This document shows positions 16,806 through 26,735 of a DNA stretch of 64,000 nucleotides, piece after piece. This DNA is from an uncultured Gemmatimonadales bacterium. Lineage in GTDB: Bacteria; Gemmatimonadota; Gemmatimonadetes; Gemmatimonadales; GWC2-71-9. Below the pieces are notes generated by a model that was given only the letters and a program-made list of their open reading frames with translations, ran no database searches and was not told where the DNA came from. A program made the position numbers and the translations under genes. Each line of letters starts with the position of its first letter. Position 1 is the first letter of the stretch. The DNA lies in assembly GCA_963771275.1 (NCBI GenBank), contig CAVYSW010000003.1, forward strand, positions 608,001 through 672,000. Reading direction: 5' to 3'.

Positions 16806-19800
16806 TTAGTCCGGCAGCGGGTACTCCCCGGTTTCGATCCGCTCCACCCGGCGCCGGATCGCCGAGCCGATCCGGTCGATCTTGATGTACAGCACCGGAA
16901 TCAGCATCAGCGTGAACACCGCGGAAACCAGCACGCCGCCCATCGTGACGACGGCCATCGGGATCCGGTAGAACGAGCCGGGCCCAGAGCCAAGCGCCTG
17001 GGGAACGAGCGCGATGGCGATCGCGACGTTCGTCATGATGATGGGACGCAGCCGCATCGGCGTCGCTTCGAGCAGGGCCTCCACGGCGGTCTTCCCCTGC
17101 GCGCGGAGCTGCTGCGCGTAGTCGAGGATCAGGATCGCATTGTTCACCACGATTCCCACCAGCATGATGACCGCCATCATGCTGAAGATGTTGACGGACG
17201 TGCCCGTCAGGAACAGCGCAAACACCACGCCGATCCCGCCCAGCGGCACCGTCATCATGATCGTGATGGGATGCACGTAGGACTCGAGCATCATCGCGAG
17301 CAGCACGTAGGTGAGAATCACGGCGAGCAACAGCGCTTTCATCATCTCGCCGATCGATTCCTGGTACGCCTCGAACTCGCCGGTGATCGCATAGCTGTAG
17401 CCGGGCGGCAGGCCGAGGCTGTCGAGCGCGGCGCCCGTCAGGCGCGCGGCGTCCGTGAGGCTGCCGCCGGACAGAAAGGCGTCGATCCGCACCGTCCGCT
17501 GCTTGTCGTAGCGCTGGATCGCCGTCTCGCCGCCGCGGTTCTCGAGGGTGCCGAGCGCCCCGACGGGCACGACTCCCACGGGGGTTCGCAGCTGCAGTGT
17601 CGCCAGCTCGTCGGCGCGATCGCGCGCGCTTTCGATGAGCCGCACCCGGATGTCCCGCTCGTCACCGGCTTCCCGGTAGACCCCCGGCACCATTCCCTCG
17701 ATCGACCCGCGCAGCGTTCCCCCGACCTGGGCCATCGTCAAGCCATACTCGCGCATCACCTCGCGGTTCGGTCGGAACGCGACCTCGGGGCGCGGATCCT
17801 CGATCGTGTTGCGCACCTCGCCCAGCCCCGGTACCGCCGACACCACTCGGGTGGCCTCGCCGGCGACCGCTTCGAGGCGCTGCTGGTCCGGACCCTTGAT
17901 CAGCACCTGGAACGGCGCCTCGCCTCCTCCCATCGACTCCGCGAGCGCCACCGTGACGTCCGCGTCCGGAATGGCCGCGACCGCCTCGCGCAGCCGCGGG
18001 ATGATCGCCTGCGTGCCCAGCTCGGACTCGACGGTCACCTGGATCTCCGCGACGTTCACGCCGGCGCCCGCGATCCGGAAGCCGCCGCCGCCCCCGCCCA
18101 CCTGGGTGAGCAGCGCCTTGACCTCGGGCACCACCCGGAGCAGCGACTCGGCCCGCGCCGCGATCAGGGTCGTGCGGGCGATCGGCGTGCCGGGCGGGAG
18201 CTTCAGCGTCACGCGCGCGAGCCCTTCGTCCTGCCGCGGCATGAACTCGCCGCCCACGAACAGCAGCTGGACGGCGAGGGCGATCAACGCGACGGCGCCC
18301 GAGGTGCCGATGATCAGCCAGCCGTTCCGCCGCGTGCGCAGCGCCCAGGCCAGCAGGCCGCCGAACCGGCGCTCGAGGTCGGCGTACCAGGCGTCGATCG
18401 CGCGCCACACGCGTCCCAGGCGCCCGGCCAGCTCGCGCTGCGTCTCCTGTGGCCTGAGCAAGCGCGAGGCGAGCATCGGCGCCGCCGTGAACGAGATCAG
18501 CAGCGACATGACGGTGGCGTACACCACCGTGATGCCGAACGCGTAGAAGAACTGGCCGATGATCCCCTTCATGAAGGCGATCGGCGTGAACACCACCACG
18601 TTCGTCAACGCCGACGCCGCGACGGCGACGCCGACCTCGGTGGTGCCGCGCTCGGCGGCCTCCTTGGGGGGCGTACCACGATCCAGATGGCGGTAGATGC
18701 TCTCGAGCACCACGATCGTGTTGGTGACCAGAATCCCGACGGTGATACCGAGTCCCATCAGGGTCATGATGTTGATCGTGAAGCCCGCGCCGTCGAGCGC
18801 CAGAAACGTCGCGACGATCGTCGCGAGCATCGAGACGACGGCGATCACGGTGGCGCGCCACGAGTGGAGGAACACGAACAGCACGACCGTGGTGAGCAGG
18901 ATCCCGATGATCATGCTGCCCGTGAGATCCTTGATCGAGTCCCGGATGAACAGGCTCGCGTCCCGGGCCACGTCGAGCGTGGCCCCCGTCGGGAGCTGGG
19001 GACGCAGCTCGTCGAGCGCGGCGAGAATCCCGTCCGCGGTGGCGACGGTGTTGGCCCCCGACTGCTTCTGGATCGAGAGGCTCACCGTGCGCTGCCCGTT
19101 GTACCGCGCGATCTCGCGGACGTCTGCCGCCCCTTCCCGCACCACGCCCACGTCGCGCAGCCGGATCCGCCCGCCCGACGGGAGTTGCAGCGGCAGGGTG
19201 CGCAGCTCCTCGAGCGACCCGTACTCGCCCACCACCCGCACCGCGACCTCCGCCCCCGGCTCGGTGACCCGGCCCGCCGGCACGGAGAGATTCTCGCCGC
19301 CCACCACGCCCGCGATGTCGGTCACGGTCAGCCCGTACGCCCGCAGGCGGTCGGGGTCGACCAGCACCTCGACCTCGCGCTTCAGCCCGCCGACGATCGT
19401 GACCCGGGCCACGCCGTCCAGCCGCGCCAGGCGCTCCTCGACGACGTCATCCGCGAGGTCCGTCAGCGCCTCCAGCGATTGCGGCCCCGACAGCGTCACG
19501 TCCATGATCGGCATCGCGTTGATGTCGAACTTGAGGGTGGTCGGCGGCTCGGCGTCGGACGGGAGCTGCGCCCGGATCGCGTCCACCTTGTCCTTCACGT
19601 CGATCGCCGCGAGATCCGGATCGACGCCAAGCTCGAACTCGATCACGGCCGTGGAGACGTTCTCCTGGGAGATCGAGATCAGCGACTTGACGTTCGCGAT
19701 CGTGCTGATCGCGTCCTCGATCGGCTTGGTGACCTGGGTCTCCACCTCCTCCGGGCCCGCGCCCGGATACACCGTGGTGACGGTGACGTACGGGAACTCG

Positions 19801-19925
19801 ATCCCGGGCAGGAGGTCCACGCCGAGGGTGAAGTAGCTGAACGTGCCGAGGATCACGAGCGCCACGACGATCATGCTCGTGAGCACCGGGCGCCGGACGG
19901 CGAGCTGGGCGAAGAAGCGGAACAT
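16806..19925 (-). CDS. RND efflux permease (AcrB/AcrD/AcrF family)
   Basis: 1039 aa with TM pattern; YPGAGPEEVETQVTKPIE and RLRPIIMT. Confidence 0.95.
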   Translation of the reverse strand: MFRFFAQLAVRRPVLTSMIVVALVILGTFSYFTLGVDLLPGIEFPYVTVTTVYPGAGPEEVETQVTKPIEDAISTIANVKSLISISQENVSTAVIEFELGVDPDLAAIDVKDKVDAIRAQLPSDAEPPTTLKFDINAMPIMDVTLSGPQSLEALTDLADDVVEERLARLDGVARVTIVGGLKREVEVLVDPDRLRAYGLTVTDIAGVVGGENLSVPAGRVTEPGAEVAVRVVGEYGSLEELRTLPLQLPSGGRIRLRDVGVVREGAADVREIARYNGQRTVSLSIQKQSGANTVATADGILAALDELRPQLPTGATLDVARDASLFIRDSIKDLTGSMIIGILLTTVVLFVFLHSWRATVIAVVSMLATIVATFLALDGAGFTINIMTLMGLGITVGILVTNTIVVLESIYRHLDRGTPPKEAAERGTTEVGVAVAASALTNVVVFTPIAFMKGIIGQFFYAFGITVVYATVMSLLISFTAAPMLASRLLRPQETQRELAGRLGRVWRAIDAWYADLERRFGGLLAWALRTRRNGWLIIGTSGAVALIALAVQLLFVGGEFMPRQDEGLARVTLKLPPGTPIARTTLIAARAESLLRVVPEVKALLTQVGGGGGGFRIAGAGVNVAEIQVTVESELGTQAIIPRLREAVAAIPDADVTVALAESMGGGEAPFQVLIKGPDQQRLEAVAGEATRVVSAVPGLGEVRNTIEDPRPEVAFRPNREVMREYGLTMAQVGGTLRGSIEGMVPGVYREAGDERDIRVRLIESARDRADELATLQLRTPVGVVPVGALGTLENRGGETAIQRYDKQRTVRIDAFLSGGSLTDAARLTGAALDSLGLPPGYSYAITGEFEAYQESIGEMMKALLLAVILTYVLLAMMLESYVHPITIMMTVPLGGIGVVFALFLTGTSVNIFSMMAVIMLVGIVVNNAILILDYAQQLRAQGKTAVEALLEATPMRLRPIIMTNVAIAIALVPQALGSGPGSFYRIPMAVVTMGGVLVSAVFTLMLIPVLYIKIDRIGSAIRRRVERIETGEYPLPD

Positions 19926-19938
19926 GGCTACCTCCGGC

Positions 19939-20991
19939 TCACGACGCGGATGCGCCGACGACGCGGGTGCGCGCCCCGTCCGACAGCAGCGACGCGCCCG
20001 CGGTCACGACGCGCTCGCCCGGGGTGAGCCCCTGCTCCACCTCCACCCAGCCCTCGCCCGCGAGCCCGAGGCGCACCGCGCGCCGCCGCGCGACGCCCGC
20101 GCTGTCCACCACCCACAGCATGCTGTCCCGCGCGGCCGCCTGCGGCACCAGCAGGACCCCCGACCGGCGCCCCACCTCGATCCGCACCGGGACGAGCGTG
20201 CCGGGGACGACACCCGCGCCCGGCCGGAGCGGGGCGCCCGGGAACGTCAGCTCGACCTCGAGCAGGCGCGAAGCCGGGTCGGCCTGCAGCGCGATGCGCG
20301 AGACCCGGCCCGCGAGCCCGATCTCGGGCAGCGTGGCCGGCTGGCTCACCGCCAGCTCGCGCGCCTGCTCCGCGCTCACGTCGAGCGTGACCTGCAGCCG
20401 CGACAGATCCGAGACGCGCACCAGCGGGTCCCCGGACTCCGGCACCGACCCGCGCGTCATCAGGATGTCGGTGACGACACCGTCGATCGGGCTCCTGAGG
20501 TCCACCTGCCCACGCGCCGCGTCGAGATTGGTCTCCGCCACCCGCAGCGCGGTGGCCGCGTTGTCCCAGTCCTGATCGCTGATCGCGCCCCGTTCCTTGA
20601 GGGGGCGCAGGCGGTCCACCGCGCGCTGCGCCTGCTCGTGCGCGGCCTCGGCCTGCTGCACCGCGGCGAGCGAGCTTTGGCTCGACTGCCGCAGCAGCAC
20701 GTCGCCCGCGCGCACCTGCTGCCCCACGTGCACCGGGATCTCCACGATCTCGTCCCCCGACTTGGCGCGAACCGTCGCGCTGCGAATCCCGCGCAGCGTG
20801 CCCGTGAACTCCCGGCGCACGACCAGCTCGCCCACCCGGGCGGCGGCGACCTCCACCGGGATGCCCGTCCGCTGCCGGATCGCCTCCACGTCCGGCGCTG
20901 TCGCCGTCCCCGACGTCGAGCGCACGACCCGAAACACGATCAGCGCAACGAGCCCGATCACCACCACCCCGGCGCCAATGCGCTTCGTCAT
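19939..20991 (-). CDS. RND periplasmic adaptor (membrane fusion protein)
   Basis: N-terminal anchor, lipoyl-like VGQQVRAGDVL, RSPIDGVV and GLTPGERVVTAG. Confidence 0.92.
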   Translation of the reverse strand: MTKRIGAGVVVIGLVALIVFRVVRSTSGTATAPDVEAIRQRTGIPVEVAAARVGELVVRREFTGTLRGIRSATVRAKSGDEIVEIPVHVGQQVRAGDVLLRQSSQSSLAAVQQAEAAHEQAQRAVDRLRPLKERGAISDQDWDNAATALRVAETNLDAARGQVDLRSPIDGVVTDILMTRGSVPESGDPLVRVSDLSRLQVTLDVSAEQARELAVSQPATLPEIGLAGRVSRIALQADPASRLLEVELTFPGAPLRPGAGVVPGTLVPVRIEVGRRSGVLLVPQAAARDSMLWVVDSAGVARRRAVRLGLAGEGWVEVEQGLTPGERVVTAGASLLSDGARTRVVGASAS

Positions 20992-22466
20992 GATTCCCTC
21001 CCCGAGAGCAGCTTGAGTCGTCCGCTGCTCAGCCGCTCGAGCTGCGCGAGCGCCTTCACGATGTCATGGAGCGCCTGGATCTCGTTGACCCGCGCCTGGT
21101 CCAGCAGGAGCGCGGCGTCCGAGACCTCGAGCTGCGTCGCGAGCCCGTTGCGGTAGCGCAGCTCGGCCAGGTCGAGCGTCTGGCGGGCGAGGTCCACCGT
21201 CTCGCGCCGCGCGGCGATCTCCGCCCGGGCGGTGCGATAGTCCCCCAGCGCCCCCGCGAGCTCGACTTCGAGCCCCTCCTCGACCTGGGCCCGCTGCACC
21301 ACCGCGTCCCGCAGCTGCGCCTGCGCCTCGCCGATCCGCCCGCGCCGCCCGAACCCGTCGAACGGCATCCACGAGACGGTGAGCTGCACGTTCCAGTCGC
21401 TGCGCCACTGGGACAGCGGCGGCGCGATGTTGTCCGGGTAGGCCTGGAACCCGAAGTTGGCGATCAGGTGAGCCGACGGAAACCGCTCGCTCCGCGCGAC
21501 CCGCAGCCCGGCCTCGCGCACCGCAACCGCCTCGCGCGCCGCCTGGAGCAACGGCCGGTCCGTCACGAGCCCGCGCAGCGCCGCCTCGTCGACCGCGACC
21601 ACGGCGGGGTCGAACTCCGACACCAGGGCTACGGGCTGGTCGAGCGGCAGGTTCACGAGCCGCTTGAGCTCGAGCATGGCGAGCTGCGCCAGATTCCCGG
21701 CCTGTACCACCGCGGGATCGCGGTTCTGGAAGTCGACCCGCGCGCGCAGCAGGTCGAACTCCGACGCGGTGCCGGCCGAGCGGAACGCCTGCGTCTGCCG
21801 CAGGTGGGCGTCCGCGATGCGCCGGCTCTCCTCGGCGACGCCGAGCAGGCGCCGCGCCAGCACCGCGTTCAGGTACGCCACCCGCACCTGGAGCAGGATG
21901 TCCGCTTCCGCCTCCGCGAGCCGGTGGGTGGCGGCCGCCTCGAAGTGCCGCGCGCCGTCACGGGTCCCGCTGATCCGCCCGCCGGTAAACAGCGGCTGCG
22001 CCAGCTGCAGGGCCGCGACGTACGTGTTCCGCCGGCCGAACGGCAGCCCGCTGAACAGGCCCGACACGAAATCCTGCGTCATCAGCTCGCTCAGAATGTC
22101 GTACCGGTCGAACGGCGAGCGCGCCGGATCGAACGCGTCCGGGATCCGCGTGGTGTCCGCCGGCGGCGGCGCCGCGACGTCGAACACGGTCCGGATGGCG
22201 CGGCTGTAGTTGAGCGCCGTTCCGATCTGCGGCAGTCCCGTGGCGCGGGCCTGCGTCACCCGCGCTTCCGCCTGGTCCAGCTGTGCGCGGGCACTCTGGA
22301 TCTCCTCGCTCCGGTCCAGGGCCCGCGCGACGGCCGCGTCGATGGTCAGGCGCAACGTGTCCGGCGGCGCCTGCTGCTCTACGGCCGATGCGCGTGCCGG
22401 CACGACGAAAACCACCGGCAGCAGCCACGCCGCGATGCGCCAGCGCCCTCGCTCCATGCCCCTCAT
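20988..22466 (-). CDS. TolC-family outer membrane efflux protein
   Basis: Signal peptide; QPLFTGG and RYRNGLATQLEVSDA; ATG at 22466 overlaps the TetR stop. Confidence 0.9.
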   Translation of the reverse strand: MRGMERGRWRIAAWLLPVVFVVPARASAVEQQAPPDTLRLTIDAAVARALDRSEEIQSARAQLDQAEARVTQARATGLPQIGTALNYSRAIRTVFDVAAPPPADTTRIPDAFDPARSPFDRYDILSELMTQDFVSGLFSGLPFGRRNTYVAALQLAQPLFTGGRISGTRDGARHFEAAATHRLAEAEADILLQVRVAYLNAVLARRLLGVAEESRRIADAHLRQTQAFRSAGTASEFDLLRARVDFQNRDPAVVQAGNLAQLAMLELKRLVNLPLDQPVALVSEFDPAVVAVDEAALRGLVTDRPLLQAAREAVAVREAGLRVARSERFPSAHLIANFGFQAYPDNIAPPLSQWRSDWNVQLTVSWMPFDGFGRRGRIGEAQAQLRDAVVQRAQVEEGLEVELAGALGDYRTARAEIAARRETVDLARQTLDLAELRYRNGLATQLEVSDAALLLDQARVNEIQALHDIVKALAQLERLSSGRLKLLSGRES

Positions 22467-23134
22467 GGTCGCTTTCCCTTTCCTCTCCGTCGCGGCGTCC
22501 GCCCGGCGGGCCGGGCGATGCCGTTGAACACGATGTCGAACTTCGTCGTCAGCTCGCGATGCAGCGCCGCCCGTGTTCCACGGGCCGACAGCCAGTGCGC
22601 GAGCGTCCGGTGGAACGCGGCCTCGACGAGCGCCGCGGCGGCGACGACGTCCACGTCGCGCCGGACCTCTCCCACCGCCTGCCCCTGTTCCAGGAGAAAC
22701 CGCGTCATCGCCTGCAGGCGGCGCACCGGCTCCTCCTCCGCACGCTGGTCGGTCACCACCGCGTGCATGTACCTGAGGCTCTCGAAGAACGCGAGGCGCG
22801 CGAGCTCCGGATTGCGCGCGCCGAGGTCGGCCAGGAACATGAACACGCGGGTCAGCTTCTCGCGCGTGGTGCCACCCCAGGATTCCACCGGCCCCAGCTC
22901 TTCGGTCAGGCTGATCGTCCAGTGCTCCGCCAAGGCCGCGAGAAACGACGTCTTGCGGGGGAAGTAGTTGAACACGGTCCCCTTGGCGACGTCGGCCCGC
23001 TCGGCGATCTGATCGACCGTGGTGGCGTCGTAGCCCTGCTCGATGAACAGCGCGAACGCCGCGTCGTAGATCCGGTGCCGGGCCTCGCGCTTCTTCCGTT
23101 CGCGGCGCGCCGGGGAAATCGGGGGCTCCGCCAT
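22463..23134 (-). CDS. TetR/AcrR-family regulator
   Basis: GYDATTVDQIAERADVAKGTVFNYFPRK HTH. Confidence 0.93.
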   Translation of the reverse strand: MAEPPISPARRERKKREARHRIYDAAFALFIEQGYDATTVDQIAERADVAKGTVFNYFPRKTSFLAALAEHWTISLTEELGPVESWGGTTREKLTRVFMFLADLGARNPELARLAFFESLRYMHAVVTDQRAEEEPVRRLQAMTRFLLEQGQAVGEVRRDVDVVAAAALVEAAFHRTLAHWLSARGTRAALHRELTTKFDIVFNGIARPAGRTPRRRGKGKRP

Positions 23135-23151
23135 GCTGCGACCTCGCAAAG

Positions 23152-23165
23152 TTGACCAGAGTCAA
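23152..23165. promoter_or_regulatory. Candidate TetR operator
   Basis: Palindrome TTGAC-CAGA-GTCAA 17 nt upstream of the tetR start. Confidence 0.55.
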
Positions 23166-23291
23166 GAATGACCGGGGGTGCCGTGATGTGTCAACCGGAC
23201 GAAGCGCCGTGCCGTCTCGCCGCCCGTCTCAGGACCCTGGTCCTGCGTGCAGGCAAGTGAGATACTTGGCTGGGAGCCAGGAGCCTCCACG

Positions 23292-23501
23292 ATGCAACGA
23301 GCCTACGTCGGCCAGAACCCCGTCGATGCCCAGCTCGCAGCCGATGAGCTGCGGGCGGCCGGCATCGATGCCGTCGTGAAGGTCGATACTGTCGCCGCGC
23401 CCTCGATCCCGTATCCGTCGGTGTGGGTCGAGGATGAGGATCTGCCGCGAGCGCTCGGCGTGCTCCGCGAGCGGGCGGATGCGACCGGCGGCGCAGGCTG
23501 A
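23292..23501 (+). CDS. DUF2007-like small protein
   Basis: DAQLAADELRAAGIDA...VWVEDEDLPRA pattern. Confidence 0.7.
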   Translation: MQRAYVGQNPVDAQLAADELRAAGIDAVVKVDTVAAPSIPYPSVWVEDEDLPRALGVLRERADATGGAG

Positions 23502-23564
23502 CCGGCGCTCGACGCTAACCGGTCCGCACGTTCAGCGGGTACCCCACGCGGCTACATTGCGGGC

Positions 23565-23948
23565 ATGGCGTCCAGAGCGGGGTACGCGATCCTGATGGCC
23601 GCCCTCGTCGCCGGTGCGTGCGGTGAGGTCACCATCGGTCCGGTGGGGGTTCGTCTCGATCTCCGGGGCAAGGTGCGCGCGGCCGCGACCGGGCTCACGA
23701 TCGGCGGCGCGCGGGTGACCCTCTACGCGCCGTCGGACACGGCGGCCGGCATCGACAGCACCGCCGTCATCGCCGACGGGTCCGGCAACTACCGCGTCGT
23801 GCACCGGCTCGCCGACAAGGCCGACTGCGCCTTCATGCTGCTGCAGGCGAGCGCGGCGGGATACGCCCCCACCACGGTTCCGAACGACTCGATTCACTGC
23901 ATGGACGCGGCCCAGATCGTCAACATCGAGCTGGACGCGCTCCGCTGA
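23565..23948 (+). CDS. Hypothetical lipoprotein, carboxypeptidase-regulatory-like fold
   Basis: Lipobox AGAC; GKVRAAATG..IGGARVTL, ADGSGNY and ASAAGY. Confidence 0.6.
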   Translation: MASRAGYAILMAALVAGACGEVTIGPVGVRLDLRGKVRAAATGLTIGGARVTLYAPSDTAAGIDSTAVIADGSGNYRVVHRLADKADCAFMLLQASAAGYAPTTVPNDSIHCMDAAQIVNIELDALR

Positions 23949-24005
23949 CTCGCTTCCGCGCCCGGCCGGGTGTATTATCGGGAGTCACTTCATCGGGGAT
24001 CTCCC

Positions 24006-24578
24006 GTGCATCGCCTCTTCGCCACGCTTGCGCTCGCGCCGCTGGTCGCGGTTCCCGCGATCGCGCAGCAGCCCCCGCCCCCGGTGGCACCGCCGCTCGC
24101 GATCGGCGCCGCGGCCCCGGACTTCGCCCTGCCCGGTGCCACCCGGTACGGCGTGCTCAAGGACCCGGTCGGACTGTCGGACTTCAAGGGCAAGACCGTC
24201 GTGCTCGCGTTCTTCTTCCATGCGAGGACCCCTGGCTGAACGATCCAAATGCATGCGTACCGTGATCAGTACGCACAGCTGTTCAGGGATGGCCAGGACG
24301 TCGTGCTGCTCGCGATCAGCGCCGACCCGGTCGAGTCGCTTGCGTCCTGGGCCAGGGACGATCAGTTCCAGTTCGTGATGCTGAGCGACACCGCCACGGC
24401 CGTCGGCAAGCTGTACGGCGCGCTCGCCAGCCGCGCGGGGGTCACCAATCGCAACCTGTTCGTGGTCGGACCGGACGGGAAGATCGCCTACCGCGCGCTC
24501 CCGTTCCGGGAGGTGGACCCGACGTCCTACACCGCACTCGGCGAGGCGATCGGGAAACTGGCAGGGGAGAAACAGTAG
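24006..24578 (+). CDS. Exported AhpC/TSA (BCP-like) peroxiredoxin with selenocysteine (UGA 24237-24239)
   Basis: Two in-frame ORFs join through TGA in LAFFFHARTPG-U-TIQM, at the TPGCT peroxidatic position; a hairpin follows. Confidence 0.85.
24254..24275 (+). promoter_or_regulatory. Candidate bacterial SECIS hairpin
   Basis: TGCGTAC-CGTGATCA-GTACGCA: perfect 7-bp stem starting 14 nt after the UGA. Confidence 0.65.
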
Positions 24579-24797
24579 GCGGGTCGGGGGTAGGGAGGTA
24601 GCGGTTAGCGGTTTCAGGGAATGCCGCGCAGGGTGGTCGGGCGTTGCCCGGCCACCCTCGCTGTTCGCCGACAGGACGGGGCGCGCCAGCGACGCCCTTC
24701 CACCGCACACTTGCAGGTACCGCGCTCGGCCGGTTCACGCGTTTCGGTCTCGCCAGCCGGAGCGCACGGGCGCACGTCATCGTGACGCCGAGGATCC

Positions 24798-25697
24798 ATG
24801 TTTCTCCTCGCTTTGTTGCTTGCCGCCATCGGCCCGACGGTCCGGTCGATCGTCGTGGCGCCGGCGGAGTCCATCGCCGTCACCGTCGTCGGTCACGGTG
24901 AGCCGGTCGTGCTCATTCCGGGGCTGATGGGGTCCGCGTTCACCTTCCGCAGGGTCGCCCCGCAGTTGGTCGACGCCGGCTTCGCGGTGGTGATCGTCGA
25001 GCCGCTGGGCATCGGCGGGTCCGCCCGCCCGCGCGCGGCAGACTATTCGCTCACGGCGCAGGCGGGGCGCGTCGCGGCGGCACTCGACACGCTGGGACTG
25101 CATGACGCCGTGATCGTCGCGCACTCGATCGGCGGCTCGATCGCGTTCCGGCTCGCGTTCCACCGTCCGGATCTCGTCGCGGGCATCGTGTCCGTCGAAG
25201 GGGGGCCCGCCGCGGAGGCCACGACGTCCGGCTTCCGGTTCGCCATGCGGTTCGCCAAGCTGCTGCGCTTCGGCGGGTCGCGGCTGCTGCGCCATACGGT
25301 CGATCACGAAATGAAGGCGGCGTCGGGCGACTCGACCTGGGTAACCGACGCGGTCGTGACCGGCTATACGGCGGGGGCGGCGCGGGACTTCACCGCGACG
25401 TTGATTGCGTTCCAGGGGATGGCGGCATCCCACGAGCCTCCGGAGGCGCTGTCCGCCGAGCTCAGCCGCGTGCGGTGCCCGGTGGTCCTGCTCGTGGGCC
25501 TCGCGCCGCACTCGAGCGGGGTACCGCCCACCGAGATCGCTTTGCTGCGGGACTCGCTGCCCGCGTTCACGGTCGATTCCATCCCGGGCGTCGGGCACTT
25601 CATTTTCGAAGAAAACCTCGCGACCGTCGTGGACGCGGTGACGCGGCTCCGACGGTCCGTGCCGACCGTCGCGCAGGGGGGTGCCGTGCAGCGGTGA
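24798..25697 (+). CDS. Alpha/beta hydrolase
   Basis: LIPGLMG, nucleophile elbow AHSIGG, C-terminal GVGHFIFEE. Confidence 0.88.
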   Translation: MFLLALLLAAIGPTVRSIVVAPAESIAVTVVGHGEPVVLIPGLMGSAFTFRRVAPQLVDAGFAVVIVEPLGIGGSARPRAADYSLTAQAGRVAAALDTLGLHDAVIVAHSIGGSIAFRLAFHRPDLVAGIVSVEGGPAAEATTSGFRFAMRFAKLLRFGGSRLLRHTVDHEMKAASGDSTWVTDAVVTGYTAGAARDFTATLIAFQGMAASHEPPEALSAELSRVRCPVVLLVGLAPHSSGVPPTEIALLRDSLPAFTVDSIPGVGHFIFEENLATVVDAVTRLRRSVPTVAQGGAVQR

Positions 25698-25730
25698 TGG
25701 GGTGCGTGCCGCGCGGGCTTCCGCGCGGCG

Positions 25731-26735
25731 TCAGCTCCTCACGGCCGGCTTCCCCACCTCGACCCGTACGACCCCGCCTTCGGCACGCCGCCGGTTCTCC
25801 TCGTCCACTTTCGCGACCTTGGCCCGGTACATCTGCCGCGCCGTCTCGTTCGCGAGCACGTTATCCGGCAGCGGCCGACCGGGCCGCGCCTCCCAGAATC
25901 CCGCGATGCCGGCCGCGCCGAACAGCCCGGTGATCAGCACGCGCGGTGCGGCGGCATCGGTAAACACCGGCGTCACGAAGTAGGCGGTCGTCGCGAGGGC
26001 GGCGCCGAGCCCCAGGCGGACGAATGCGGGACCGGCGGGCTGCCTTACGGGCAGCATGGCGGGCCGCTCGGGCATGGGGAGCGGGTTTTCGGGGAACCGG
26101 GTAACCTGCACGGGCAGCTCGACGCGCCGGCTCACCCGGCCGCGCTGATCCAGCGAGCTGATGCCCAGGATCAGGCCGCCGGCTGGCGCGCGCTGCGCGC
26201 TCCACCGGATCGTCGCCGTGTCGGCGACTTTGGCGCGCGCGATCGTGTCGAGCACCTCCCCGCGCACCGCTTCCGCCGTGACCACGACGACGTGCGGCGT
26301 GTTCGCTGCGAGGCGGATCGGGAGCCCCGGGTCGCGTGGCGCGATCGTGGCCGAGTGGGCCTCGACCGCCACGATCGGCGTCCGCCGCCGGGCCACCTCG
26401 AAGACGCTCTGCACTTCCGGGGTGAACAGCAGGCGATCGAGCCGGTAGCCCGGCTCCAGCCGGATGAGCTGCGCGAACGCCGAGACGGCCGAATCCCGGC
26501 GGTCCCGGTACAGTTCGGCCGCCCCGAGGTAGCAGAGCCCGGTCTTGCGATCCGCCTCGCTCAGGCTGTTGCTCTGCAGCGCACGCCGCAGCAGCCAGCC
26601 CGCCGATTCCATCTCCAGGTCCCGGTAGGCCTGGATGCCCTGCTGCAGCGAGGCTTCGGGAGACTGGGCGCGGGCGGCCGGGGCAGCGGCCATCGCCAGA
26701 ACCAGCGGGACCAGGGTGACCTTACAGCACGTCAT
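25731..26735 (-). CDS. Exported hypothetical protein with N-terminal TPR-like helices
   Basis: Signal peptide ARA-Q; helical LQQGIQAY...YLGAAEL; C-terminal hydrophobic hairpin; coupled to the kinase gene. Confidence 0.6.
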   Translation of the reverse strand: MTCCKVTLVPLVLAMAAAPAARAQSPEASLQQGIQAYRDLEMESAGWLLRRALQSNSLSEADRKTGLCYLGAAELYRDRRDSAVSAFAQLIRLEPGYRLDRLLFTPEVQSVFEVARRRTPIVAVEAHSATIAPRDPGLPIRLAANTPHVVVVTAEAVRGEVLDTIARAKVADTATIRWSAQRAPAGGLILGISSLDQRGRVSRRVELPVQVTRFPENPLPMPERPAMLPVRQPAGPAFVRLGLGAALATTAYFVTPVFTDAAAPRVLITGLFGAAGIAGFWEARPGRPLPDNVLANETARQMYRAKVAKVDEENRRRAEGGVVRVEVGKPAVRS

